Source: Octopus vulgaris
Taxonomy: Eukaryota
NCBI GenBank assembly: GCA_951406725.2
Contig: OX597839.1
Location: 29,078,001 to 29,142,000 of the forward strand
Length of the DNA stretch: 64,000 nt
Reading direction: 5' to 3'
Shown here: positions 1 through 12,869 of the stretch, one piece after another
How positions within the stretch are numbered: the stretch's first letter is position 1
Layout of the letters: the number at the start of each line of letters is the position of its first letter
Notes under the pieces: model-generated
The model's input: the letters and a program-made list of their open reading frames with translations, nothing else
The model's database searches: none
What the model was told of the DNA's origin: nothing
Translations under genes and position numbers: made by a program

Positions 1-279
1 AAGGCTGAATGGGTTGCTGATGAAGGAGGAGCTCGGATGTTGTTTCGTATTCGTCAGTGGTTCTATTTGTTGTCAAGTTGGTGATGGAGGCAGGAAGCGA
101 GGCCTCGATTTGGTTCCTGTTGCCGTTCTCGTCCGCAGGTTCGTATGTGCCGTCGTCATCTAAAGCGTATGACGGACCGTGGCGAGAGCACATGAGGAAC
201 ATGGTGGACATGTGTTTAATGTGCAGGTAGGTCATCACAATTGATGCCATACTGGAGCGCTTGGGCAGTGGAACACGAC
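1..279 (-). CDS. Candidate alternative GRK exon, not PH-like, running off the window
   Basis: TTTTTCAG acceptor at 280-287; phase-1 frame is stop-free for 93 codons (GRVPLPKRSSMASIVMTYLHIKH...LLLHQQPIQP); GC/CpG-rich compared with the introns. Confidence 0.5.
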
Positions 280-1842
280 CTGAAAAACCAGGCAAACACT
301 TCACGACACTGTAGAGGTGGATTGAGCGGAACAGTCGAAACTACAAACAGATGACACCCTCCACGCGAGCCTAGAAACGAGGTGAAACTAAGCAATCCCC
401 AGCAGAGCAAACTGTGGCTTTAATATTCAGTAATTTCTTCCTAAACAGTCTCTGAGGTTTTAATAAGAAAAAATAAGACCCCCAGAACTTATTACAACAG
501 CAATAACAAGCAGTTCTTTTATTAGGAGAAAATCTAAGATTTTTGCAAAGGTAACTCCTAAAGTGAGGCCCCTTTGAAGCAAAGTTACCAACAAAAATGT
601 TCACAACTTGGAATTTCCAAATTTCTTGTAAAGGAAATTTATATTTTATTGTGTGAATTCCTGAGAGGAGGAATTTGGCATACTGGGGTCAATAAAATCG
701 ACTACTCCTCTCCCCACAAATTTCAGGCCTTGTACTTTTAGTAGAAAGGATTGGTTAGCATGCCAGGCAAAATGCTTGGCGGTATTTCATCCGTCTTCAT
801 GTTCTAAGTTCAAATTCTGCCGAGGTCGACTTTGCCTTTCAGGGGTCAATAAATTAAGTACCAGTTACATACTGGGGTTGATGTAATCGAATATCCCCTT
901 TCCCCAAATTTCAGGCCTTGTCTCTTTAGTAGAAAGGATTATTATTCTTCTTCTCATTAAAGTGGCAAGCTGGTAGAACTGTTAGCATGCCAGACATCTC
1001 ATCCATCTGAGTTCAAATTCTGTTGAGGTTGACTTTACCTTTCATCCCTTTCAGGCTCAATAAGATAAGTACCAGTTGGGCACTGGGGTTGATGTAATTG
1101 ACTCACCCCACTCCCTCAAAATTTCTGGCAGAATTGTTATCTCTGCTGCACAATATTTCCTCCAGCTTTTTGGGATTGATGAAATAAGTAGCAGTTATGC
1201 GCTGGGGTTGATGTAATCCACTAACTTCTTACCCCAAATATTTCAGACTTTTGTACCTATATATTATTTACATTTGACGGACATTTGTCCTCATCTTGTT
1301 TGTTGTTAATGTTTCGGCTGATATCATCTCCAGCCTTCTTCAGGTGTTAATAACAAACAAGATGAGGACAAATATCCGTCGAATGTAAATAATGTAAATA
1401 ATTCCTCATCTCTTAAATATAGAACTGTTTTGTACCCTTTCGGTGGGGTTGATAAATAAAGTACCAGTTGAGTACTGGGGGGTCGATGTAATCGACTTAA
1501 TCCTTTCCCCCAAATTTCAGGCCTTGTGCTTCCAGTAGAAAGGATTATCATTATTATTATTATTATTATTATTATTAATAATAAATTGGAAAGCTGCCAG
1601 AATCGTTAGCAGGCTTGAGAAAATGATTTGCAGCATTTTTTAAGTTCGAAATTCAAATTTTTCCAGATCAACTTTGCCTCCATTTGAGGTTCATACAATT
1701 CGTACCAGTTGAGCCCCTGTATTGATGCAATTGACCGGCCCCCTTCACTCAAATATTTCAGCCCTTGTGCCTAGAGTACAAAGTATCTATTATTATTATT
1801 ATTTGCAAAGGAGGCCTACTTTGCATCGACAACTATGATTGT

Positions 1843-1887
1843 CACACACTGATGACGGGTCAATACCCTGAAACTCGAGTCCGTGTG
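1843..1887 (+). ncRNA. Minimal type I hammerhead motif with palindromic stem III
   Basis: CACACA-CTGATGA-C-GGGT-CAAT-ACCC-T-GAAA-CTCGAG-TC-CGTGTG. Confidence 0.62.
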
Positions 1888-4800
1888 TATCATGTCAGGT
1901 TGAAGACGGGAAGGATGGCTTCCCTTTGCAAATACTGATAGGGCACAGAAAGTGTGTCAATAGCCAGCTGGAGGAGGTGTCCTCCTGGGGCTACTGCTAC
2001 ACTAGCATCCACCCTTAGGGGCTAGCCACATTTAAGTGAAAAAATATACTTCACGATTATTATTATTATTATTTGATGAGCGTCCTTATCTTGGTTGTTG
2101 AGTCAAAATGTTTCAGCCATTGAACCACAGGCCCTCCTCAAAACCTTGTTGTGTGCAGTATTTCGAACCGAATCTTGTATTCTATTTACAGAGGTAGGTT
2201 AGTTTCATCCTTTTACTGTCCATTTCTAAGACAATGCCCCCTCCCCTAGTTATGACGCTGTTTGTTTGCTCTGCTCTAATCACTGTATATAAATTAACTA
2301 ACCCAGGTCTTGAACTCACAACCACTAAATATTCCTTCTATTACTCATCCCATAATACGTTAATCAACCGTTTCTATGGACTAACCCATTGTCTGGTAGG
2401 TGGGTGCAGAGAAGAGATAGGAAAATTGTCACCTGCAAAGTAGTGATTCCTGCAAAGTAGTGCAGTGTCTATGTGTGTGTCTGTGTGTATATACATACAT
2501 ACATATATTGTATATATATACATATATATACACATACACACATACAACACATGTTTGTGCCATCGAGTTTATTTGGAAATTGAGAGAAGAGCATGGAGGG
2601 TAAACTAGTCTGTTGAAGACTGACTGCAAACAAAACTTACCTCAAACATAAGGACGAAAGTTGAGAGAAGAGACAAAAGCCCCCCCGCCGCACCCAATGG
2701 AAAAGAAAAAGAGAAAAAGAAAGAACATGTTAATAAAGCATTAAGGGTCAGTTGGTGATATCTGGCATTTCTAAAATTTTTACCAGGTTTTAATAATTTT
2801 ACAGCAAATGTATGTGTGAAGGTGTCTGTCCCCTACCACTATTTGAGAACCAGTGTTTGTTTGTTTATGTCTCTGTAACTGAGCAATTCAGTTTGCAAAA
2901 GACACTGAAAGAATAAGTATTAGGCTTAAAAAAAAAGGTAATGGGGTTGATTTGTCTTTAAGACAGTGCTCCAGCATGGCCGCAGTCTAATGACTGAAAC
3001 AAGTGAAAGATAGAAGATATCTGGCACACTTGCAGCTCTGGAGTAATGTAAAGAAGTATTTTGCTGGAGAACCCAATGCACTGCACCGTCTGGGAATTGA
3101 AACCATGATCTTACGATCACCAGTGCAACACACAAACCACTGGCCCAGATGTCTTCACCAGACATAGTAAGGTTGAGCAACAATACAGGAGACCCCACCC
3201 CTCTACTTTATTACTGGCAGAAATAAATTAAAAAAAAATAATGATTTAACGATCTCTGATGATAATTAACACTTATTTGTTAATTATCGTTAAGCCATCT
3301 GATGAAATTATGCCATCCATTTGATCCTGAATCCATTGCTAAATGTGAAATGTCTGATCAGATCCCTTATTGTTAGCAAACACACATCAACTCTGAGCAT
3401 TTGAAGATGTTTTATTCTCATGCATTGTAGTTGAATTTGCTATTGGCACCGGATTCTAACCAGAAAGGGGGGGGGGTTCAATTTAGTCTGTAACTGCCAT
3501 TTAACGACGCAGAAAACTAGACTTCAGTAATCAAGGATGCTTCATGGCAAAATTAAATAAAAGACCATTGTGGCGGCAGTTTTAATGGCAAACTTTGTTA
3601 GGTTCTGTCTTTGTCAATTCTATCATTGCTGATTCAATTATCAAGCTAATTGCTGATTAAGACTGGCCTGAAAACGCTCAGATCAGCAGCGATGGGCAAC
3701 TGGTTTGTAAAAGAACCTGGTTGTTAACAGCCGAACACGAAAAGCGTCCGTGAATGTGAATCTCATCAAATGTAATTTAATCTTTCATTTGAATATTTCT
3801 TTGAAGCTGGTTTCTTCCATATTTCCAAAATTTGTAGGTAACAATGTATTTCATAATTACAACGACTCTTCGTTTAAATACAAGCCCTATCTCATTTTCA
3901 AGATGGTGGTGGTGGGGGACAGGGGCAAGAAAGCTGCCATTGACTGTAGATTTAAGCATGGAAAGAAAGATAAGTGACTTAGCAATGAGGTTTAACTCTA
4001 TCAATTAACCCTTTTTGATACAAACCTGACCAAGGTTTCCCCTTATTTCTATGAAGACAAACTTGCTTTTCTGAAATGATCTAAATTAATTAAAACCGTT
4101 CCTCAAAATTTCATGCTAATTTATTTTCTAAAACACTAGCTTAATATAACGACATGGTTATTTTAGTAAATTCTTCCTAATTTCCAAACTTAATTAAAAC
4201 AAAAAATGTAATTTCAACAGAAATTTGGTAACAAAAACAGTTGAACATACAAGAGACGACAATAAACATTAATGATTTTCATGAAATAACAGATCACATT
4301 TGAAATACAACAGTGTACCACAACACACACACAAACCCTGCTTACAATAGATATATAACTGTAATACAAACAACACACACACACATCATATATACCAAGG
4401 TTGTCCCTGTTGTTTCATAACGGAGACAAATCTGATATTTTCTTTCTGTTCAAGAGCCACATCCCATTATTTTTAAAATGACATTTATTAATTAGGAAAT
4501 ATACCTCTAGATAGCGCCACTGACTAAAATAACTTATTTTATGTTTATAGCTCTACGTAGTTTTATCGACTGAAGTATTTGAAATTATATTTATAAATCA
4601 GAAAATATACATCTATATAGTTTTATAGATTAAAGAAACTATAAACTCTCCATGGTTTTAGTGATTAAAGCGATTTAAAATAAAATCCCACATGGGCATG
4701 TTTATGTGGCAAGAAGCTTGCTTCACAACCACATGGCACATTGGACAAATATTTTCCACTATAGTCTCGGGCTGACCAAAGCCTTGTGAGTAGATCTTGT

Positions 4801-6494
4801 AGATGGAAACTGAAAGAAGCTTGTGTATGTGTGTGTGTATGTTTGTTCCTTCATCACTGCTTGACAACTGGTGATGGTGTGTTTACATCCCTGTAACTTA
4901 GCCGTTCAGTAAAAGCGACCGATAAAATAAGTACTGGGCTCCAGAAAATAAGAGCCAGGGTTGATTTGTTTGACTAAAACCCTTCAAAGCGATGCCTCAG
5001 CATGGCCATAGTCAAATGACTGAAAAGAGAAAAGGTAGTTGTATTGACTCAAGTAAATTGACTGATTTCTGTTGGATGAAGACTTTTACTAATTCTTCCT
5101 TTTACAATTAAATATTATATTTGCTGGCATAAAAGATGCTCTCTCATTCCAGCAGCAAATACTCAGGGCAGAAAGTTTTTAGTGCATTCAAGCAACATTT
5201 AAAGCAACTTAATGTGGATATTGCCAGATGCATTATCGGTTTTAGTGATACTGTTGACCAGTGGTTAAACTGACCCTGGCTTCTTCTTGATTTTTTAAAC
5301 TGTTCTAATAGTTATTTTGTTTATATTAAATAATTTTGTAGTTTCTTTTTAAGTTTTTCTCTTTTGAAATTAACTGAAATGGAACGGCTAAAATGTATTG
5401 GTTAATGTTGACCAAATCTATTGGTCAACAATTTCTGACACTGGGGACTACCTCTTACAGAAACAGAAGAGGATATCAAAATACATGTGTATATTTGTAT
5501 ATATCAGACACCATGATAGATCGGTAGCCACTACACACATTTTTTTCTCTCCTTGTTTCTTTCTGTGTCCCTTTCTGTAGAAAAGCATAGGCTCGAAATG
5601 TAAAAGATTTTTCACTTCCCAAGTGTTATACTAATACACCTGTTTGTTTTGTACTCCACCTGTCTTCGTCTTCTGTTTTTTTCGTAAACTCTCCATATCT
5701 TTCCCCCCCACTAACTTTATCTTTCTTTCCAGCCCCACCCAGATTATTCCTGCCCATCCTTATATAAAGGGAGGTAGCCATGTATCCTGCCTCTTCTTTC
5801 ACATGCTAACCTCTCAATACCTAGCATAAAGCTGCCCCTCCCCTCTTTACTAGAGTCTCACTTAGTCAAGGGAAATCTTAGTCTTGCAAGCTGTGCTGTG
5901 ACCTCACAAGAGCTCTACCATGATAAAAGCACATATGTGTGTGTGTGTAAATATATATATATACATATACATATAAACACACACACATATGTATGTACTT
6001 CTCTCACTGTATTGACCAAACTATCGGATGTTATACCCTGCTGGTCATGGTGTGCTTACTTGCTCACAAGTGACACCACAATGCTGGCTAGGTGGACAGC
6101 CCCATGGTGTATAAGTAAGCGAGAGCATGACAATCCCCTTTAAATGGGACACCAACCCATCACAGGGTTATTCATCTACAGCCAAGTGGACTGGAGCAAT
6201 ATGCAATGAAGTGTGTTGTTCAATAAAAAACCAAACAACAAAAACACAACACGCCTCCCGGTCCAGGAATCGAAACCACAATCTTGCGATTGTGAGTGTA
6301 ACACCCTAACCACTAAGCCATGCACTTTCTATAATTTTGACAAAATACCGCTCCCCCCATCCCACCCCATTCTCCATACATTTTCAGTCAGTTACAGTCA
6401 CACGACATCTCCCCTCCGCCCCCTCTCAAACCACACTATCAGCACAAAACCACACGAAGACAGACAGACAGACAGGAATAAAACGACCTCTGAC

Positions 6495-6654
6495 CTTTTT
6501 CTATTTGGTCTTCTCTCTTTGGTTTCTTCTTCATTTCCAACTTGTCAGTCTCGGCATTGACAGTGTCGAAGACAGTCTCTGTAATTTCTTGTTGCCATCG
6601 GTCAGACACGGTGAGTGTGAAGTTCTCATACAGCTGTTGGTCAGATTCGGACAA
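6495..6654 (-). CDS. GRK2: GRK exon, end of C-tail and pre-PH helices (LSESDQQLYENF...WQQEITETVFDTVNAETDKLEMKKKPKREDQIEK)
   Basis: 160 nt, CAG/GTCAGA, phase 0 to 1; matches GRK2 [24 protein letters not shown]; donor position less certain than the others. Confidence 0.92.
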
Positions 6655-6954
6655 CTGAACGACAAACACAAACGCATCATCTTAAATAAAATTCTGCTTC
6701 AAAGAAAGACAAACTGTTTTCTTTTTTTTCTATTTTTAATACAAAACCCATTCAATCAACTGCATTATTTTATACACGATTATGACATAATGAACAACAT
6801 CATTTTTCTGGTTGCTGTACACACCCATCCATTCGTGACCATCCACATTGACAGAAACAGTAGTATTCCAAATTCCCAAGTCAACACACACACATATATA
6901 TATATATACACATATATATATGTGTGTGTGTGTGTGTGTGTATATGTATATATT

Positions 6955-7186
6955 ATTTCTTTATTACCCACAAGGGGCTAAACACAGAGGGGACAAACAA
7001 GGACAAACAAAGGGGTTAAGTCGATTACATCGACTCCAGTGCGTAACTGGTACTTAATTTATCGACCCCGAAAGGATGAAAGGCAAAGTTGACCTCGGCG
7101 GAGTTTGAACTCAGAACGTAACGGTAGACAAAATACCGCTAAGCATTTTGCCCGGTGTGCTAACATTTCTGCCAGCTCGCCGCCTT
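6955..7186 (-). mobile_element. SINE family A copy
   Basis: Reverse complement closely matches 19290-19520 end to end. Confidence 0.85.
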
Positions 7187-7203
7187 AACATACATACATA
7201 TAT

Positions 7204-7240
<37 letters not shown>

Positions 7241-7380
7241 CACATTCTATCATAATAATCATTAATTTTGTGTCCATTATACACAAATAGACACACACAC
7301 ACATAATATATATAATGAGAGGGTGAGCACAGCAGAAGATAAATGTGTGATGTAAGTAGTGTGTGTAAACGTGAAGTTAC

Positions 7381-7543
7381 CCTGATTCCTTTTGTATCAT
7401 CTTCATCAAACGAGCCAATATCAAAAGCATCTGCTGCATTCACTTCACCTCTTGGAGGAATGAGAGGCGGTGTGTAGTGGAGTTGGTACACTTTGTTCCA
7501 GTCCAAGTCTTTGAAGAAAGGGTTTTCTTTCAATTCCTCAGCA
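7381..7543 (-). CDS. GRK2: GRK exon, AGC C-tail ([10 protein letters not shown]...[30 protein letters not shown])
   Basis: 163 nt, CAG/GTAACT, phase 2 to 0. Confidence 0.96.
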
Positions 7544-7705
7544 CTGCAAGAAAATAAAAACAATAAAGAAAATGAAATCGTTCGTTAGAGACAAAGTTAA
7601 TTACGATTTTCTATTTGCTACCAATTTAAATTTGGTTTAAATGCAATTACTAAGTTAGATAATAACTTTGGTCAATGTCCAGACAGCAGAATTTAATAGG
7701 ATATG

Positions 7706-7740
<35 letters not shown>

Positions 7741-8990
7741 AATTATTATCATTTAACGTCCACTTTCCATGCTGGCATGGGTTGAACGGTCTGATTGGAA
7801 CTGGTAAGCTGGAGAACTGCACCAAGTTCCAGTCTGATTTGGCATGGTTTCTATGGCTGGATGCCTTTCCTAATATGACCCACTCCAAGAGTGTAATGGG
7901 TGCTTTTTACATGTCACTAGCAATGGTCATGACTACAGTTTTACGTGGCTTGACGAGTCTTCTCAAGCACAGGTTTCAAATTTTGACACAAGGCCAGCAA
8001 TTTTGGGGGAGGAAGGGCCAGTCAATTTCATCAACCCCAGTGCACAACTGGTACTTATTTTCTCGACCCTGAAAGGATGAAAGGCAAAATCGACCTCAGC
8101 GGAATTTGAAAGACAGCCAAACTGCCACTAAGCATTTTGCCCAACTTGCTAACCAGCTCAGTACCAGTTATGCACTGGGGTCAATGTAATTGACTTAATC
8201 CCTTTATCTGTCCTTGTTTGTCCCCACTATATTTAGCCCCCTGTGGGCAATAAAGAAATATATATATATATATATATATATATAATAAAAACAATTTTAC
8301 ATCAAATTGAAGGATTACTCAATACATTTGGTAGAGTATGAATTCATTATTCTTTAACAAGAACAGAATTAGCAGATGCTTCGAAGGTTTTGTCAGCTAA
8401 GCCATCATCAAACATTCCGTGTATGCATGTGTGTGTAAACATGTTTGCATGTGTATATGTGTGTATGAATCTTAAGACCATGTGTGTGTAAAGACCAGTC
8501 ATGTGTGTGTATATGTAAAGGCTAGTGTACGTGCTTGTACGATAAAGCAGTAAAACAAGCTAAGATAAATGACTGGAACAGGATATGGATTCTGGTTAAA
8601 TAAGTTAAAGGATAATGGACTGAACATTGTATAGAAATCAGTCTTAAATGAGAATTCACTTTTGGTTAGAGAAAGGAAACAAAAACCTAATGGTAAAAAG
8701 GTAGTGATGTCACAAAACAAGGGGAGATAATTTCAAACAATTAAGAATTAATTACTCAAAAGTTATTTTACCTCCGTGATGGAAGTGTGATCTTTGTGCA
8801 CAGAAAGGGAACAGTCATGTTCCTGTCTACTAGACCTCATCAGTATTGTTGAGTTTACTCAAACCTAACTGATCAATTGTGTGTGTGTGTGTGTGTGTGT
8901 GTGTTGATATGCTGGCATGTGTAAGTGTATGTTTCTGTGTATGTGTGTGTAATGCTAGACATGTTTCTGTGTATGTGTGTGTGTGTTTAA

Positions 8991-9211
8991 CCCTTTAGCA
9001 TTTAAACAGGCCATATCTGGCCAAAAGTATCCTGCCTGTTTCATGTTCAAACTGGCCAGATCTGGTCTCTCACACCAACCCTACAATATCGTTTGAAAAA
9101 TTAACAGCTACCTCATCAAAATCTCATAGCTACAAGATAATGCCTGATTAGTTCAAAACAATGTGGATGAAGAGGCATTAATTTTGGCAGAATAATGCAA
9201 ACACTAAAGGG
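8991..9211. mobile_element. piggyBac-like MITE (TTAA-CCC...GGG-TTAA)
   Basis: TTAA on both sides, ccctttag/ctaaaggg termini; same family at 32617-32836 (inserted into a SINE at TTAA) and 38721-38937; related family at 10478-10687 and 4008-4240. Confidence 0.75.
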
Positions 9212-9359
9212 TTAAAGACACAAATTTTTTTTCTGGTGATGTGTTTAATGACCCAACATGATTGTGTCCCCGTGTCTATAAACAGTATTTCCAACACAGA
9301 GACCCAGAATCCATCCATTCATGCTGAAATTAGTTGTGGAAAGATTAATAAATACAAAC

Positions 9360-9460
9360 CCTTTCCCAGTGCATCCTAATCTCTCTTCAACATCTCGTTT
9401 AAGAAGACCTTCAAGTAAGGATTTCATCTCTGATGACATGGAATCTGGTAGTTCAACATT
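9360..9460 (-). CDS. GRK2: GRK exon [34 protein letters not shown]
   Basis: 101 nt, TAG/GTTTGT, phase 0 to 2; kinase subdomain XI. Confidence 0.95.
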
Positions 9461-11176
9461 CTAAAACAGAAAAACAACAACAACAACAATCAATACAAAA
9501 ATACATCAAACAATTATTTGTGTCGTTTCGTTTCCATGGGATCCAGGGAACGGGATTGACTGGTTGGTCTTTCTTTGAAACAAACCACTAATTGCCTGGC
9601 AGCGAAGGCTTTGAAAGAGAATATTCTTCACTGAAGCTTTCTCTCACTGATTATGGCATTCCTCAGAGAGTAATTCAAGCACGACAGAATGGCAGATCAA
9701 TATGAGTGATCCACATCAATGATCTGGTGACGGTGCGTAGCTAAGTCGTTAGGGTATTCAGCCCACAGCTGGAAGGTTGTCAGTTCAATACCTGGCAGTG
9801 TGCTGTGTCCTTGGGCAAGACACTTTATTTCGGGTTGCTGCAGCTAACAAAAATGAGTTGCACCTGTAATTCAAAGGGCCAGTTCACAGAGTCCCCCTGT
9901 GAACTGCATTAAGGGTACATGTGTCTGTGGAGTACTCAGCCACTTGCATTGTTAACTTTACAAGTAGGCTGTTCCATTGATCGGATCAACTGGAACCCTC
10001 ATTGTCATAACCAACAGATTGCCATTTAACACGATCGTGGCCGTAGGTACAGGTCGATAGGCCACGATTGTGGCCCAGACAGATGCATTTAATTTATGGA
10101 CATTTGTTGGGGTCTAATGTCACTCAAACACTCCAATACCCCCCAGAATGCAAGAGGACTAATAGTTCAACCAATGACTTTTCAGATGATGTAAAACTTG
10201 CCACCATTAAATACTAAGAAGATATTTTAACTACTTTTTGGTTTTTATGTGTGCACGGTTGTCTCATTTCCATAAAATGTGCTCAGCACTCCATGCTATG
10301 TAAGTGCAAATCCCAGCACTTTATCGGTTAAATATGAATGATATATATGAGTGAATACTCCAGTTGAGGGTAGATTTTGATGAAAAACTCAACTGAGAAT
10401 TATAGGCTGAGTTGCCTCCAATTATTTTCCATTTTTGTTGAACTACATTGTATTTGTTTCAATTTAGATCACTTTAACCCTTTTGTCACCATACATGACG
10501 TTTGTTTCAATTAATTTTGAAAATAACAAAGAATTCAATAAAAAATATCTTTATTTGAATTAATCTGGTGCTTGGAACATAAATTAACATAAAATTTCCA
10601 GGGCAGATTTTAATTAAAATCTCTTTAAAACAGTAAGTTTATATCATAGAACCAAGGACAATCTGGCATAGGTTGGTATCAAAAGGGTTAACTAAGACAA
10701 AACACTCATTAGATTTTCTCATGAAATAAAAAAAAAAAAAAAATAAATAAATAAAAAAGGGTCAGCCGTTGGCAAGAAACTATGGTCTAACCCATTTTAG
10801 GTCTAACCCTATAAACAAAACACAAATAGGATATTGTTCACCATTATCAATTAACATCTGTTTTTCATGCTGGCATGGGTTAGATGGTTCTGACAGGAGC
10901 TGGTAGGTCAGGGAACCAGGATCCATTGTTTAATTTGGCATGGTTTCTATGGCTGGATGCCCTTTCTAATGCCAACCACTTTGCAGAGTGGTTTTTCATG
11001 TGGCACCAACACTAGTGGGGTCACCAAGTAACTTATAAGACAAAGAAACCCTTGGCTGGGAGAGGGAGTGGTGCTAAGAGAGATAGGTGTCTTACTGTGG
11101 AAGAGCTGAGAGGAAAAGGAGATAAGAATTTGAGAGAAAGATAGACAGTGGTCAAGAAACGAATGGCAATACTTAC

Positions 11177-11243
11177 CATTGTCATAGTCATTCGGTCAAT
11201 TTCATGTTTATCTTTGGTCTTGTGCTGCCTAAATGGACTGTGG
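11177..11243 (-). CDS. GRK2: GRK exon [22 protein letters not shown]
   Basis: 67 nt, CAG/GTAAGT, phase 2 to 0; near-identical to GRK2. Confidence 0.96.
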
Positions 11244-12110
11244 CTGAAATAGAAAATAGCAGGAGACTAACATTTAGATGGCCTGTGATGAAACCGAAAG
11301 ATATTTAGGGATATATGTGTGTGTGTGTGTGTGCGCTTCAAAGCCCAAAACACTTGCAGCTGTAAAACATAATTATAATTCACAAAGAACGAAAGATGAT
11401 GTTTGTTTCTTAGAATAGAATGCAGTACACAGAATGATAATCAGTTAGAAAATGGCAGTTTTATGCTAAAATGAAGACAACAATAGCCAGGGATTGTTTG
11501 GAATAACTTCAAAAAATCCTCCTTGTCCAAACGATAAAGAAACAATTTTTGTTTTCAATGTTCAATATTTATCAACCAAGTTGAAACCTGAGAATTCCAT
11601 ATTTCTGAAATAACACTTTATTTCATCTTTAGAATGGAACAAATGCAGAGATTCCATTAAAAGCAAGAACACAATGAGAAGACATTGCAGATTTGCCCAC
11701 CACCAAAATTTAAAAGGAAAAAAAAAACAGTAAAGAATCAAAACTTGAAATCATGCAAAATAGTGAAACTTTTATAGATTTAGTAATTATCACTTAATTA
11801 TAATTGAAATTATCAATTATGATCATGCAGAAAAAACCCCCAAAAAACAAAACAAAATGAAGGGTGGATCCTGAAAGCAGCAACAAAGCAAATGATTTTA
11901 GAGAATCGGAACAAATACCAGGAGACATTCTACCAAGTGCTCTAATCACGCTGAAGACTTTTTGCTTCTTGATCATATGGTTTTAGGTTCAGTTCCAGTA
12001 AAGGGCACCTAGATTAAATACCTTCAACTATAGCCATGGGCTGACCAAAGCCCTCTGAGTGGATTTGGTGGATGGAAACTGAAAGAAGCCTGTCTGTGTG
12101 TGTATACTTA

Positions 12111-12256
12111 CAGTTGTGGCCAAAAGTTTGGAACATTTAAAAAAAAAAAAATTTTAATTGTCAGGCCCAAAGTACAGTTTGGTGCAAATATAACTTTGGG
12201 CTTTTAATATAAAAATTTTGATTTTCAGCTCTATGTTCCAAACTTTTGGCCATGAC
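12111..12256. mobile_element. Tc1-like MITE
   Basis: TA-CAGTTGTGGCCAAAAGTTTGGAACAT ... ATGTTCCAAACTTTTGGCCATGAC inverted termini. Confidence 0.75.
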
Positions 12257-12310
12257 CACCTACGTTGACAGATGAAATCCAGAGAGTGAAAAGGAGACAG
12301 TTTGACTTAC

Positions 12311-12418
12311 CCTTTTAGTAGTTTGTACAGCATGCATCCGAAGGAGAACCAGTCAGCACTGGAATCGTATGCAACGCCTTTAGCTAAGACTTCAGGAGCC
12401 ATATAACCATGGGTTCCT
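12311..12418 (-). CDS. GRK2: GRK exon with APE motif ([36 protein letters not shown])
   Basis: 108 nt, CAG/GTAAGT, phase 2 to 2. Confidence 0.97.
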
Positions 12419-12869
12419 CTGTTGGTCGGGGTTAGAAGATGAAAAGGAAATAGTAAGAATACAGACAAAAGAAAGATCACAAACAATAACAACAACATTT
12501 ACTGAAATATAATTGATGTCTAAAAAAAGGGGGGTGAAGCATGAGGGGAGGGGCGAATATTGTTGATGAGTTTTTTTCCAATATTTTAACGATGAAAATG
12601 AAGTTGATCAGAGAGGCTTTTCTAATGAGAATCAATGGAAAGGGATGTCAGGAAACACCACAAGGCATCTTGTATGATGCACAAACGGATTTCTCCGCTC
12701 CAACACCTGACATCATTATTCTATTGTATATTATCATATATCACTCTATTTTATAATCAGATATATAATCAGGTGAGACGACAAAGGGCCGAGATGCCTG
12801 GCACCTTGTTGCACTCAAGAAGATCCCTACTTCCCAGCAGAAGTGCTAAGACCAATCCTTGAGGTAGTG

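Noticed and set aside
18-24. CTGATGA as a hammerhead core (also 3299 and 9430)
   Set aside because: No stem II/GAAA/stem III arrangement follows; two of them lie in exon or candidate-exon sequence.
2100-2145. Additional hammerhead remnant on the minus strand
   Set aside because: Core (TTGAGGA) and stems too decayed to count.
6337-6981. 214-aa plus-strand ORF
   Set aside because: Antisense shadow of a GRK exon extended by microsatellite.
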